Shown here in pieces: positions 26,811 to 34,646 of a stretch of 43,576 bases of DNA. The notes under the pieces are model-generated. The model searched no databases, had not been told where the DNA came from, and saw only the letters and a list, made by a program, of their open reading frames with translations. The stretch lies in NCBI GenBank assembly GCA_903930515.1, contig CAIYYW010000310.1, positions 1 to 43,576 of the forward strand, given 5' to 3'. Position 1 is the first letter of the stretch, and each line of letters begins with the position of its first letter. The position numbers and the translations under genes were made by a program. The stretch comes from an uncultured delta proteobacterium (GTDB lineage: Bacteria; RBG-13-61-14; DRUE01).

Positions 26811-26896
26811 GGTTGATCTGTTGATAAGTTAATAGGTTGATAAGGAAGAAAAGATGGTCTCCGCGACCCTTGATCAATTTATTAACCGATCAACCA
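26811..26896. repeat. cluster of GTTGAT(A/C) motifs and GATC sites in the divergent intergenic region
   Basis: GGTTGATCTG, TGTTGATAAG, GGTTGATAAG, CCTTGATCAA, and CCGATCAACC (reverse complement GGTTGATCGG). GTTGATAA differs by one base from the last 8 nt of the DnaA box complement TGTGGATAA. Confidence 0.4.
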
Positions 26897-26956
26897 ATTA
26901 TCCCGTCGGCATCGGTTGCTAATAATTCCGGGCCGGGTAAAATTGAGGGGATGCCG

Positions 26957-27688
26957 ATGGACTTGCGCAAATGGGGGGAAACCGGTAGCTTCGGGCCTCG
27001 GCAATGGCTCCGGCACCGCCTGCTCCTGAAAGAGCTTAAGGCCGGCTTGCCGGAAGGCGCGGTCTTGGACGCCGGGTGCGGGGAAGGGAGGCTGGCGCTG
27101 CTGATCGCCAATCGCGGATACCAGGTCAGCGGGTTTGATCCGAGCGGGGAAAGCCTGAAACAGGCACGCGAACGAAACCCCGGCCTGACCTTCTGGAGCG
27201 GGAAAATGGATTCCATCCCGGTTCCGGATCAAAGCTTTGACGCGGTTATCTCCGGAGAGGTGCTTGAACACCTGGAGGATGACCGGGCCGCGGTCAGGGA
27301 AATTTACCGAGTCCTCAAACCCGGCGGACTCGCGATCGTTTCCGTCCCGGCCGACCCCCTAAAATGGAGCATTGACGATGAATGGAGCGGGCATAAACGC
27401 AGATATACCGAGCCGGGCCTGGAAAAAATCTTCCAAGACGCCGGGTTTCAAAAAGAAAAAATCCGCCGCTGGGGTTGGCCGGTGATCTGGTCCTACGCCT
27501 ATTTCTATTATATCCCCCGCCTGAGAAGAAAAACGCAAGCCGGACCCCAAGCCGCTTTGCCGGCTGGACTCAAGGATTCCCGTCTGATTCGGGCCCTGTT
27601 TTGGATCGCCCTGACCCCTGACCGGATTTTCTCCAAAGCCCCCTTTGGGATCGGATTGATCGGAAGCTTCCGCAAACCCGCCCGATAA
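26957..27688 (+). CDS. class I SAM-dependent methyltransferase
   Basis: Motif I is VLDAGCGEGRLA, with DAVISGEVLEHL after it. The track ORF begins at a TTG (26837). ATG 26957 has GAGGGG 6 nt upstream. ATG 26951 is an alternative start. Confidence 0.85.
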   Translation: MDLRKWGETGSFGPRQWLRHRLLLKELKAGLPEGAVLDAGCGEGRLALLIANRGYQVSGFDPSGESLKQARERNPGLTFWSGKMDSIPVPDQSFDAVISGEVLEHLEDDRAAVREIYRVLKPGGLAIVSVPADPLKWSIDDEWSGHKRRYTEPGLEKIFQDAGFQKEKIRRWGWPVIWSYAYFYYIPRLRRKTQAGPQAALPAGLKDSRLIRALFWIALTPDRIFSKAPFGIGLIGSFRKPAR

Positions 27689-27793
27689 ATCCCCGGGTTT
27701 TCCTGGGGATGGGCAAAATACAGTCTAAATAAAGTGTAGTCTATGCTTAAGCCGGGACGAGCCGTCCGGTCCGGGGATAACCCTTGATCGATA

Positions 27794-27812
27794 TTTATAT
27801 AGGCTATATAAA
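27794..27812. promoter_or_regulatory. perfect AT-only palindrome inside a ~40-nt AT-rich patch
   Basis: TTTATATAG-G-CTATATAAA (9-bp arms) lies within GATCGATATTTATATAGGCTATATAAAATATATTATATTTAGAC, flanked by GC-rich sequence, about 130 nt upstream of rnhB. Confidence 0.4.
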
Positions 27813-27944
27813 ATATATTATATTTAGACGGCCGGTGGGGCCGGCGGGATCCGGGATCTAGTTCGTGGGGTTGCCGGCGCCGCGGTTGGGGAGGGGTTGG
27901 GCGGGCCGCTTGCACTTCCGGGCCGGTTTATTAGAATAGGGTCA

Positions 27945-28661
27945 ATGTTGAAGCGGGGCGCCAGGCTGTTTGCGATGGGGGAGCGGGTTCCGGACCTTTT
28001 GCAGGAGAAGCGGATCCGGAGGCTGGGATATGGAATCATCGCGGGGGTTGACGAGGCGGGGCGAGGCCCTTTGGCCGGGCCGGTGGTTGCGGGGGCGGTG
28101 GTCCTTCCGGACTGGATCCGGAAGGGGTCTAAGCTATGGATGGTTCGGGATTCAAAGAAGCTGAAGGCGGAGGCCCGGGAGGAGTTGTTCGAGTTGATCC
28201 TGAAAGAGGCGGTTGCGGTCGGGGTGGGGGAGGCGGACGAGCGGGAGATAGATCGGCATAATATCCTCCAGGCCTCGCTGATGGCGATGGAGCGGGCGGT
28301 GGAGGCCCTGTCGGTGGCTCCGGACTTTTGTTTGGTGGACGGGATTCATTCCCTGAAGGGCATCCCTTCCCAGGCGATCACCAAGGGGGATGTGATCTGC
28401 CTGAGCATCGCCTCGGCCAGCATCGTGGCCAAGGTCACCCGGGACCGGAAGATGCTGGAATATCATCGGCTTTATCCGCAATATCAGTTTGAGAAGAATA
28501 AAGGATACGGCACCAAAGCGCACCAGGAGGCGCTGTTGAATTATGGCCCGTGCGAAATTCACCGGAGGAGCTTTGGGCCGGTGAGATTGTGCGCAGCCAG
28601 GAGTGTCTGCGCCCCAGGAATCGGGACTAAAGTCCCTCGCGCAATGATGAAAAGAGATTAA
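27945..28661 (+). CDS. rnhB: ribonuclease HII
   Basis: IAGVDEAGRGPLAGPVVAGAV catalytic motif, DSKKL, and KGDVICLSIASASIVAKV. Start is ambiguous: the track gives 27897, with Mets at 27945 and 27975. Confidence 0.9.
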   Translation: MLKRGARLFAMGERVPDLLQEKRIRRLGYGIIAGVDEAGRGPLAGPVVAGAVVLPDWIRKGSKLWMVRDSKKLKAEAREELFELILKEAVAVGVGEADEREIDRHNILQASLMAMERAVEALSVAPDFCLVDGIHSLKGIPSQAITKGDVICLSIASASIVAKVTRDRKMLEYHRLYPQYQFEKNKGYGTKAHQEALLNYGPCEIHRRSFGPVRLCAARSVCAPGIGTKVPRAMMKRD

Positions 28662-28681
28662 AAGCAGATGAGGTATAAGAA

Positions 28682-30079
28682 ATGGAAGTTAGAGTAAGGT
28701 TTGCGCCCAGCCCGACCGGTCATTTGCATATCGGGTCGGCCCGGACCGCGGTTTTCAACTGGCTGTATGCGCGTCACACCGGGGGGAAGTTCCTGCTCCG
28801 GATCGAGGACACCGACCCGGAGCGGAGTAAGCAGGAATACACGGAGGCGATCCTGGATGGGCTGAAATGGCTGGGCCTGGATTGGGACGAGGCGTTGGTA
28901 TATCAGAGCCGGCGGCTGGCTGTTTACAAGGAGACCGCGGAGAAGATGGTTTCCGAGGGCAAGGCCTATTATTGCGGTTGCACGGCCGCGGAGCTGGACG
29001 ATATGCGGGAAAAGGCCCTGAAAACCGGGGGCAAGCCCAGGTATGACGGCAGGTGCCGGAACCGCAAAGATCATCCCGCGGACCGGCCCAGGGTGATCCG
29101 GTTCCAGAGCCAAAGCGCGGGCGCCACCGTGGTTGAAGACCTGATCCAGGGCCGGGTCAGCTTTGATAATGCCGAGCTGGACGACCTGATCATTCTCCGC
29201 TCGGATGGCACGCCCACCTATAATTTCAGCGCGGTGATTGACGACCACGCGATGAAGATCACCCACATCATCAGAGGGAACGACCACCTCAATAACACCC
29301 CGCGCCAGATCCAGATCTATCAGGCGCTCGGTTATGATCTGCCGGCGTTCGCGCATCATCCATTGATCCTGGGCGAGGACCGGAGCAAGCTGAGCAAGCG
29401 CCACGGCGCCACCGGCCTGACCCAGTATCGGGAGGAAGGGTATCTGCCGGAGGCGATGGTCAATTTCCTGGTCCGGATCGGCTGGAGCCACGGCGACCAG
29501 GAGGTTTTCAAGACCAAGGAGATGATTGAATATTTCGACCTCAAAGACCTGACCCCGTCTCCAGGGGTATGGAACCAGGAGAAGCTGGTTTGGATCAACG
29601 GCGACTACATCCGCAACACCCCGATTGATCGGCTTGCGGACCTGGCCTTGCCCTTCTTTCAGAAGAAGGGATATCCCGCGCAGAAGGACGATTATTTGCT
29701 GGCCATCATCAAGGACTATCAGGTGCGGGCGAAGACGATTGCGGATTTCGCGGAAATGGCTGGTTTCTATTATGTTGAGGAGGTTCAGTATGACCCGGAG
29801 GCCAAGTCCAAATTCCTCGGTCCGGACCAGCTCAAAATCCTGGAGATTTTAAGAGACAGGCTGGGCGGGCTTAACCAATTTGAAAAGACCGCTCTGGAAG
29901 GTATCTTCCAGCAAGTGATCGCCGAGACCGGGCTCAAGATGAAACACATCGCACAGCCGCTCCGGGTGGCTATTGCCGGGGTGACGGTTACCGCGGGGAT
30001 CACCGAGGTGATGACCGTGCTCGGACCGCAAAGGACGCTCAGCCGGCTGAACCGGGCGATCAGGAGCATCAATCTTTGA
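28682..30079 (+). CDS. gltX: glutamate--tRNA ligase
   Basis: 465-aa ORF. RFAPSPTGHLHIGSART (HIGH) and KLSKRHG (KMSKS). Confidence 0.96.
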   Translation: MEVRVRFAPSPTGHLHIGSARTAVFNWLYARHTGGKFLLRIEDTDPERSKQEYTEAILDGLKWLGLDWDEALVYQSRRLAVYKETAEKMVSEGKAYYCGCTAAELDDMREKALKTGGKPRYDGRCRNRKDHPADRPRVIRFQSQSAGATVVEDLIQGRVSFDNAELDDLIILRSDGTPTYNFSAVIDDHAMKITHIIRGNDHLNNTPRQIQIYQALGYDLPAFAHHPLILGEDRSKLSKRHGATGLTQYREEGYLPEAMVNFLVRIGWSHGDQEVFKTKEMIEYFDLKDLTPSPGVWNQEKLVWINGDYIRNTPIDRLADLALPFFQKKGYPAQKDDYLLAIIKDYQVRAKTIADFAEMAGFYYVEEVQYDPEAKSKFLGPDQLKILEILRDRLGGLNQFEKTALEGIFQQVIAETGLKMKHIAQPLRVAIAGVTVTAGITEVMTVLGPQRTLSRLNRAIRSINL

Positions 30080-30189
30080 CTTTTAATTCCCTTTAGGCAT
30101 AAAATTATTATTGAACATGAAATTAGAACTCAAGCCATATTATCGCGATGTTTACGATCAAGAATTGATTTCAGATCTGAAGAGACAGG

Positions 30190-30381
30190 TTGCGCTTTCG
30201 CGTACTGCGGCGGGACAATTTCAAATGCACAAGCTGCGACAGATCCCCAGCCATTACTCCCGGGGTTCAGCTTCATGTTGACCATATAAAACCTTGGGCA
30301 AATGGCGGGGAGACGGTCCTGGAGAATTTGCAAACCCTGTGCTCGAAATGCAATATTGGAAAAAGCGATCTAGAATATTAG
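30190..30381 (+). CDS. HNH endonuclease (McrA-like), TTG start or frame-disrupted
   Basis: RFRVLRRDNFKCTSCDRS...LHVDHIKPWANGGETVLENLQTLCSKCNIGKSD is a textbook HNH core. There is no ATG in frame, and TGA sits at 30178-30180. An ATG ORF (30117) in the -1 frame encodes MKLELKPYYRDVYDQELISDLKRQ and runs into it. Confidence 0.65.
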   Translation: MRFRVLRRDNFKCTSCDRSPAITPGVQLHVDHIKPWANGGETVLENLQTLCSKCNIGKSDLEY

Positions 30382-30400
30382 GAGAAATCAGGAGGCTTCA

Positions 30401-30622
30401 ATGTCCAAGAAATTCACCGCGGTGATTACGAAGGAAGAAGATTGGTATGTGTCGCATTGCGTGGAGCTGGGCGTGGTCAGCCAGGGCAAGACCATTGAAC
30501 AAGCCCAGGCGAACCTGAAGGAAGCGGTTGAGCTTTACCTGGAAAGTTTTGGGAGCGACGATCTTCCGGAAAGCACCGGGGAGGTGGTTTTGTATCCGCT
30601 CGTGGTCGCGGTGAATGACTAA
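30401..30622 (+). CDS. hicB: HicB-like antitoxin (UPF0150 fold, no DNA-binding extension)
   Basis: 73-aa ORF. FTAVITKEEDWYVSHCVELGVVSQGKTIEQAQANLKEAVELYLESF is typical of HicB N-domain proteins. SD GGAGG lies upstream. Confidence 0.8.
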   Translation: MSKKFTAVITKEEDWYVSHCVELGVVSQGKTIEQAQANLKEAVELYLESFGSDDLPESTGEVVLYPLVVAVND

Positions 30623-30839
30623 GCTCCCGGTCTTGTCCGGAGAAAAGCTGATCAAACTTCTTAAGAAAGCGGGATTTGAGGTTGTCCGTCAAAAAGGCGG
30701 TCATATCAGCTTGAGAAAAGGGGAAGCCAAGACCGTGGTTCCGCTCCACAACGACCTGGCCAAAGGAACTCTTCTAGGCATTCTCAAACAGTGCGGATTA
30801 AGCAAAGAAGACTTGCAAAGATTGATTGAAGAAGGATAA
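30615..30839 (+). CDS. hicA: HicA-like mRNA interferase toxin (YcfA family)
   Basis: 74-aa [33 protein letters not shown]...[23 protein letters not shown]. 8-nt overlap with hicB. Confidence 0.8.
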   Translation: MTKLPVLSGEKLIKLLKKAGFEVVRQKGGHISLRKGEAKTVVPLHNDLAKGTLLGILKQCGLSKEDLQRLIEEG

Positions 30840-30912
30840 TTTCGTAATCCGCGCATGCGAAAACGAATCGCGCCTGAAGGCGCTCGCGCATTTGGAGCAG
30901 AGGAGAAGAAAG

Positions 30913-32604
30913 ATGACTAATGAGCGAAAGGCTCCGCTGGATTTCATCCGGACGATCATCGCGGAAGACCTGAAGAGCAACAAGTATCAAGGCCGGGTGG
31001 TGACGCGGTTCCCGCCCGAGCCGAACGGGTATCTTCACATCGGTCATGCCAAGAGCATCTGCCTCAATTTCGGGGTCGCGAAGGAAAACCAGGGCGGGGT
31101 CTGCCATCTCCGTTTTGACGACACCAACCCGATCAAGGAGGAGGAGGAATTTTTTGAGTCAATTAAGGAGGATGTTCATTGGCTGGGATTTGACTGGGGC
31201 AAGAACCTTTTTCACGCCTCTGATTATTTTGAGCAACTGTATCAGTGGGCAATCCAATTGATCAATTCCGGCAAGGCCTATGTCTGCGATTTAAGCGCGG
31301 ACCAGATGCGGGAATACCGCGGCACCCCGACCCAGCCGGGCAGAAACAGCCCGTATCGGGACCGGTCGGTGGAGGAGAACCTGGACCTGTTTCAGCGGAT
31401 GCGGGCCGGGGAATTTGAGGAAGGCTCGCGGGTGCTCCGGGCCAAGATTGATATGGCCGCTCCCAACATCAACCTGCGCGATCCGGCGATGTATCGCATC
31501 CTGAAAGTCGCCCACCAGCGCACCGGGGATCAGTGGCGCATCTATCCGACTTATGACTGGGCGCACGGCCAGTCGGACTCGATTGAAAAAATCACCCAGA
31601 GCATCTGCACCTTGGAGTTTGAAATCCATCGGCCGCTCTATGACTGGTTCATTGAACAGATCGGCATCTATCATCCGCGGCAGATTGAATTTGCCCGTCT
31701 CAACCTGACCTATACCGTGCTCAGCAAGCGGATGCTGAAGCAGTTGGTGGAAAGCAAATTGGTCTCGGGTTGGGACGATCCCCGGATGCCCACCATCTCG
31801 GGACTCCGGAAACGCGGCTATACCCCGGAGGCGATCCGGGACTTCTGCGACCGGATCGGAGTGGCCAAGGCCGATTCCCGGGTGGACATCGCCCTGCTCG
31901 AGCACTGTTTGCGGGAAGACCTGAACAAAAGGGCTAATCGGGTGATGGCGGTATTGAGGCCGCTCAAGGTGGTGATTGAGAACTATCCCGAGGGGCAGGC
32001 GGAAGATTTGGAAGCGGTGAATAATCCCGAGGACCCGGCGAGCGGAACCCGCAAGGTTTCTTTCTCGCGCGTGATCTATATCGAGCGGGAGGATTTTATG
32101 GAAAACCCTCCCAAGGGATTTTTTCGGCTGGCTCCGGGAAGGGAAGTGAGATTGAGATACGGCTATTACATCACTTGCAAGGATGTGGTCAAGGATCCCA
32201 AGACCGGAGAAATCACCGAGCTTCATTGCGTCTATGACCCGGAGACCCGGGGCGGAGGCTCCCCGGACGGGCGCAAGGTCAAGGCCACCCTCCATTGGGT
32301 CTCCGCGGAACATTCCCTCCCGGCTGAAGTGAGACTCTATGGTCATCTTTTCACCAAGCCCAACCCGGACGAGATTGAGGAAGGCAAGGATTGGAAGGAC
32401 AGCCTTAATCCCGAATCATTGGAAACCCTGACCGGATGCCGGGTGGAGCCGAGCCTGAAAAACGCCCAACCCGGAGACCGGTTCCAGTTTGAACGCTTGG
32501 GATACTTCTGCGTCGACAAGGATTCCAAGGCCGGCGCGCCGGTGTTCAACCGCGCGGTCTCGCTCCGCGACGAATGGTCCCGAATCCAGAAGTCGCGGAA
32601 ATAG
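30913..32604 (+). CDS. glnS: glutamine--tRNA ligase
   Basis: The track ORF starts at 30826. ATG 30913 has AGGAG 7 nt upstream and yields [36 protein letters not shown] (HIGH) and TVLSKR (KMSKS). Confidence 0.95.
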   Translation: MTNERKAPLDFIRTIIAEDLKSNKYQGRVVTRFPPEPNGYLHIGHAKSICLNFGVAKENQGGVCHLRFDDTNPIKEEEEFFESIKEDVHWLGFDWGKNLFHASDYFEQLYQWAIQLINSGKAYVCDLSADQMREYRGTPTQPGRNSPYRDRSVEENLDLFQRMRAGEFEEGSRVLRAKIDMAAPNINLRDPAMYRILKVAHQRTGDQWRIYPTYDWAHGQSDSIEKITQSICTLEFEIHRPLYDWFIEQIGIYHPRQIEFARLNLTYTVLSKRMLKQLVESKLVSGWDDPRMPTISGLRKRGYTPEAIRDFCDRIGVAKADSRVDIALLEHCLREDLNKRANRVMAVLRPLKVVIENYPEGQAEDLEAVNNPEDPASGTRKVSFSRVIYIEREDFMENPPKGFFRLAPGREVRLRYGYYITCKDVVKDPKTGEITELHCVYDPETRGGGSPDGRKVKATLHWVSAEHSLPAEVRLYGHLFTKPNPDEIEEGKDWKDSLNPESLETLTGCRVEPSLKNAQPGDRFQFERLGYFCVDKDSKAGAPVFNRAVSLRDEWSRIQKSRK

Positions 32605-32632
32605 CCGACCCTCCCCCGCTGAACTGATTTGC

Positions 32633-32663
32633 CCGGCTGGAAGGCCGCGGCCGGTGGTTTTTT
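32633..32663 (+). terminator. candidate rho-independent terminator after glnS
   Basis: GC-rich stem CCGGCTG / CGCGGCCGG region followed by TGGTTTTTT. Confidence 0.5.
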
Positions 32664-32751
32664 CGGCCCGCTGATTTAAGGGAAACTTTGCAACAGGCCG
32701 GAGCATCAATATCTCTGCCGATTAAATTCCAAAATACCAAGGAGGTGTCCG

Positions 32752-32940
32752 ATGGCGGGGAAGAAGAAGGCGGAAAAAACCGTGAAGAAGGGCGCGCGCA
32801 ATCCGCAGAAGGGTGTGAGGAAAGGCGCCCGACTGATGTGCGAGGACTGCGGATTGGTGCTGGTGGTGGGTCAGGCCTGCGGGTGCGATGATTACAGTTG
32901 CAATGTGGCCTGCTGCGGGGAGCAGATGTCTATTATTTAA
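32752..32940 (+). CDS. small Cys-rich protein with desulforedoxin-like metal-binding pattern and Lys-rich N-terminal tail
   Basis: 62-aa ORF with AGGAGG 7 nt upstream of the ATG. The C-terminal MCEDCGLVLVV...CCGEQM matches the desulforedoxin pattern C-E-x-C-G-x-V ... C-C-G-E-x-M, with an extra inserted CGC...C. A hairpin terminator lies downstream. Confidence 0.7.
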   Translation: MAGKKKAEKTVKKGARNPQKGVRKGARLMCEDCGLVLVVGQACGCDDYSCNVACCGEQMSII

Positions 32941-32995
32941 GGTCTGTTCCCGCCCAACTGATTTTACGCCGGTAAGGCCGGGTCCGATTGAGCAT

Positions 32996-33029
32996 AAAAA
33001 GGCCGGGGGTATTCCCCGGCCTTTGATCT
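32996..33029. terminator. bidirectional terminator between convergent genes
   Basis: AAAAA-GGCCGGGG-GTATT-CCCCGGCC-TTTGATCTT: 8-bp GC stem. The T5 run falls on the minus-strand reading, after the lipoprotein gene. Confidence 0.7.
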
Positions 33030-33046
33030 TCAATGGTTGCGGGATT

Positions 33047-33562
33047 TTACTTGATCGCGCCTTTCAGGTTCGACTCGATCTTGTTGCCCTTGGCGCCGGT
33101 AAAGACCGCGGTCAGGACCGTGGCAGTGGCGGCCTTGAGGGCCTTGACCTTGGTCGCCTTGCAGTTCCCCGCGACCGGGGTCAATTTCATAATCTCGGAA
33201 TCGGCTTTCCAGGAGGCAACGCAGGCGCCGATGTCCCGGCCGTCCTTATCCAGTCCCTGAACCGAGATGGTGATTTCCTCGCCCACCTTCAACTCCAGCA
33301 TCTGGGTATCCTTGCCCGAGGTGGGAGTAGCCGCCTTATAAAAAACGGTAATCACCACATCGCCGGTAGCTTGCGAAGTCGCCGCGGCCTGCCCGGTGGT
33401 TCCACCGGCCGGTTCCGCGACCGGGGCCGGCTTGCTGGTCTTGGCCGCCGGGGTCTTTTCTTTGGCCGGCTGCTCCGCCGGTTTCTTGCATGCAGTCCCG
33501 ATCAAAATCATTGCCAGGATCGCCGCCCCCAGAATTCCCAGTCCCGATTTCTTGCCGTTCAT
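33047..33562 (-). CDS. putative lipoprotein with Pro/Ala/Thr-rich linker and Ig-like beta domain
   Basis: 171-aa ORF. Signal peptide ending LIGTAC (lipobox-like), a low-complexity linker, then a beta-rich domain. GGAGGA SD upstream. Confidence 0.75.
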   Translation of the reverse strand: MNGKKSGLGILGAAILAMILIGTACKKPAEQPAKEKTPAAKTSKPAPVAEPAGGTTGQAAATSQATGDVVITVFYKAATPTSGKDTQMLELKVGEEITISVQGLDKDGRDIGACVASWKADSEIMKLTPVAGNCKATKVKALKAATATVLTAVFTGAKGNKIESNLKGAIK

Positions 33563-33999
33563 TTCTTTTCCTCCTTCTTCTCTCAGCTTTAATTTTATTT
33601 TGACAATCGCTTCGGCCTTTGGTGCCCGATTTGATTCATCCGCCTTTTATAAGGTTATTATATTATAGCCGGGAAAAATTTAAAAGCTAATCCCATCCGC
33701 AGTTTCGGGAGCAGGGGCTGTTTGTTGGCTCGGGCGTGGTTGAGGCGGGATGCAAGAGCGGGATCGGCCAGCGGATGAAGCGATCGGGAAGGGAATGGTC
33801 GGTCCCCGGCGTAAATGTCATCATCGGCCTCCGATGCCTTTTGCTTTCTTTCAGGCCGATTTGAGGAATATTGGGGGTTGCGTTGTGCCTGAAGACCCAC
33901 TTTTATGATGTACTTTTTTTTTGACGCAGACCCCCATGCGCGCGGCCCAGGCCCGGATTCCAAATCACGACGATGCAGGTATTAACCTTTCCATCTATC

Positions 34000-34027
34000 T
34001 TGTCAAATCCCGGCCCGGTGTTATCTT
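34000..34027 (+). promoter_or_regulatory. candidate promoter placing the transcription start at or next to the HAD gene ATG (leaderless)
   Basis: TTGTCA (34000-34005), 16-nt spacer, TATCTT (34022-34027), then 7 nt to ATG 34035. No SD. Confidence 0.3.
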
Positions 34028-34034
34028 TAAGCCG

Positions 34035-34646
34035 ATGATCAAGGGGATGATATTTGATATGGACGGAACCCTGACCCGGCCCTGCATTGATCTGGGGGAG
34101 GTCCGGGAAAAGATCCGCGGACTCAACCCGGGTCTGCCCATCTATGAGCAGGCGCTCCAATGGCCGGAGCCGGAAAAGGAGCGGGCCTTGGCGATCCTTT
34201 GCGAGGCGGAGATGAATTCAGCCGCCAAAGCCGAACCGGGTCCGGGGGTTTATGACCTGATCCGAATCTTGGACCAGAGGGGCATCCGAAAGGCGATTTT
34301 CACCCGCAACAACCGGTCGGCGCTGGACCTGACTTTGTCCCGGCTCGGGTTGAGCGGCGCCTTTGATCCAATGGTCACTCGGGACCTGGGGCTTAAGCTC
34401 AAGCCCGATCCCGATCCGGTTTTTTATATTTTAAAACAGTGGCGGTTGGCCCCGGAACAGGCGCTGGTGGTCGGGGATTTCCATTTTGATCTGATGGCCG
34501 GGAAGGCCGCGGGATGCCCGACGGTTTTTTTGTCTCAACTAGAGAATTGCCCCCGGCCGGAGAAGGCCGACTATCTGATCCGGCGCCTGGATCAGGTGAT
34601 CGGGATAATGGAGGAGTTGGATGAAGCCGGACCCGATCAAGGCTGA
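34035..34646 (+). CDS. HAD-superfamily hydrolase (phosphatase)
   Basis: MIFDMDGTLT motif I (DxDGT), TRNNRS motif II-like, and VVGDFHFDLMAGKAAG motif IV. The track ORF begins at a TTG (33921). Mets at 34035 and 34047. Confidence 0.85.
   Translation: MIKGMIFDMDGTLTRPCIDLGEVREKIRGLNPGLPIYEQALQWPEPEKERALAILCEAEMNSAAKAEPGPGVYDLIRILDQRGIRKAIFTRNNRSALDLTLSRLGLSGAFDPMVTRDLGLKLKPDPDPVFYILKQWRLAPEQALVVGDFHFDLMAGKAAGCPTVFLSQLENCPRPEKADYLIRRLDQVIGIMEELDEAGPDQG

Noticed and set aside
26837-26956. TTG-initiated 40-aa N-terminal extension of the methyltransferase, and a 22-codon ATG uORF at 26854.
   Set aside because: The extension covers the repeat/GATC-rich spacer and has no SD. The ATG at 26957 has a GAGGGG SD and leaves a normal distance to motif I. 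The uORF has only a weak purine run upstream and no supporting evidence.
30840-30912. GCGCC-TGAA-GGCGC hairpin and surrounding GCGCATGCG repeats as a regulatory element or T-box for glnS.
   Set aside because: The stem is short, there is no T-tract and no specifier/T-box consensus. It is too short for a T-box leader.
33658-33963. 101-aa minus-strand ORF in the lipoprotein-HAD spacer.
   Set aside because: Pro/Arg/Ala-rich sequence with no SD and no motif. More likely non-coding GC-rich DNA.
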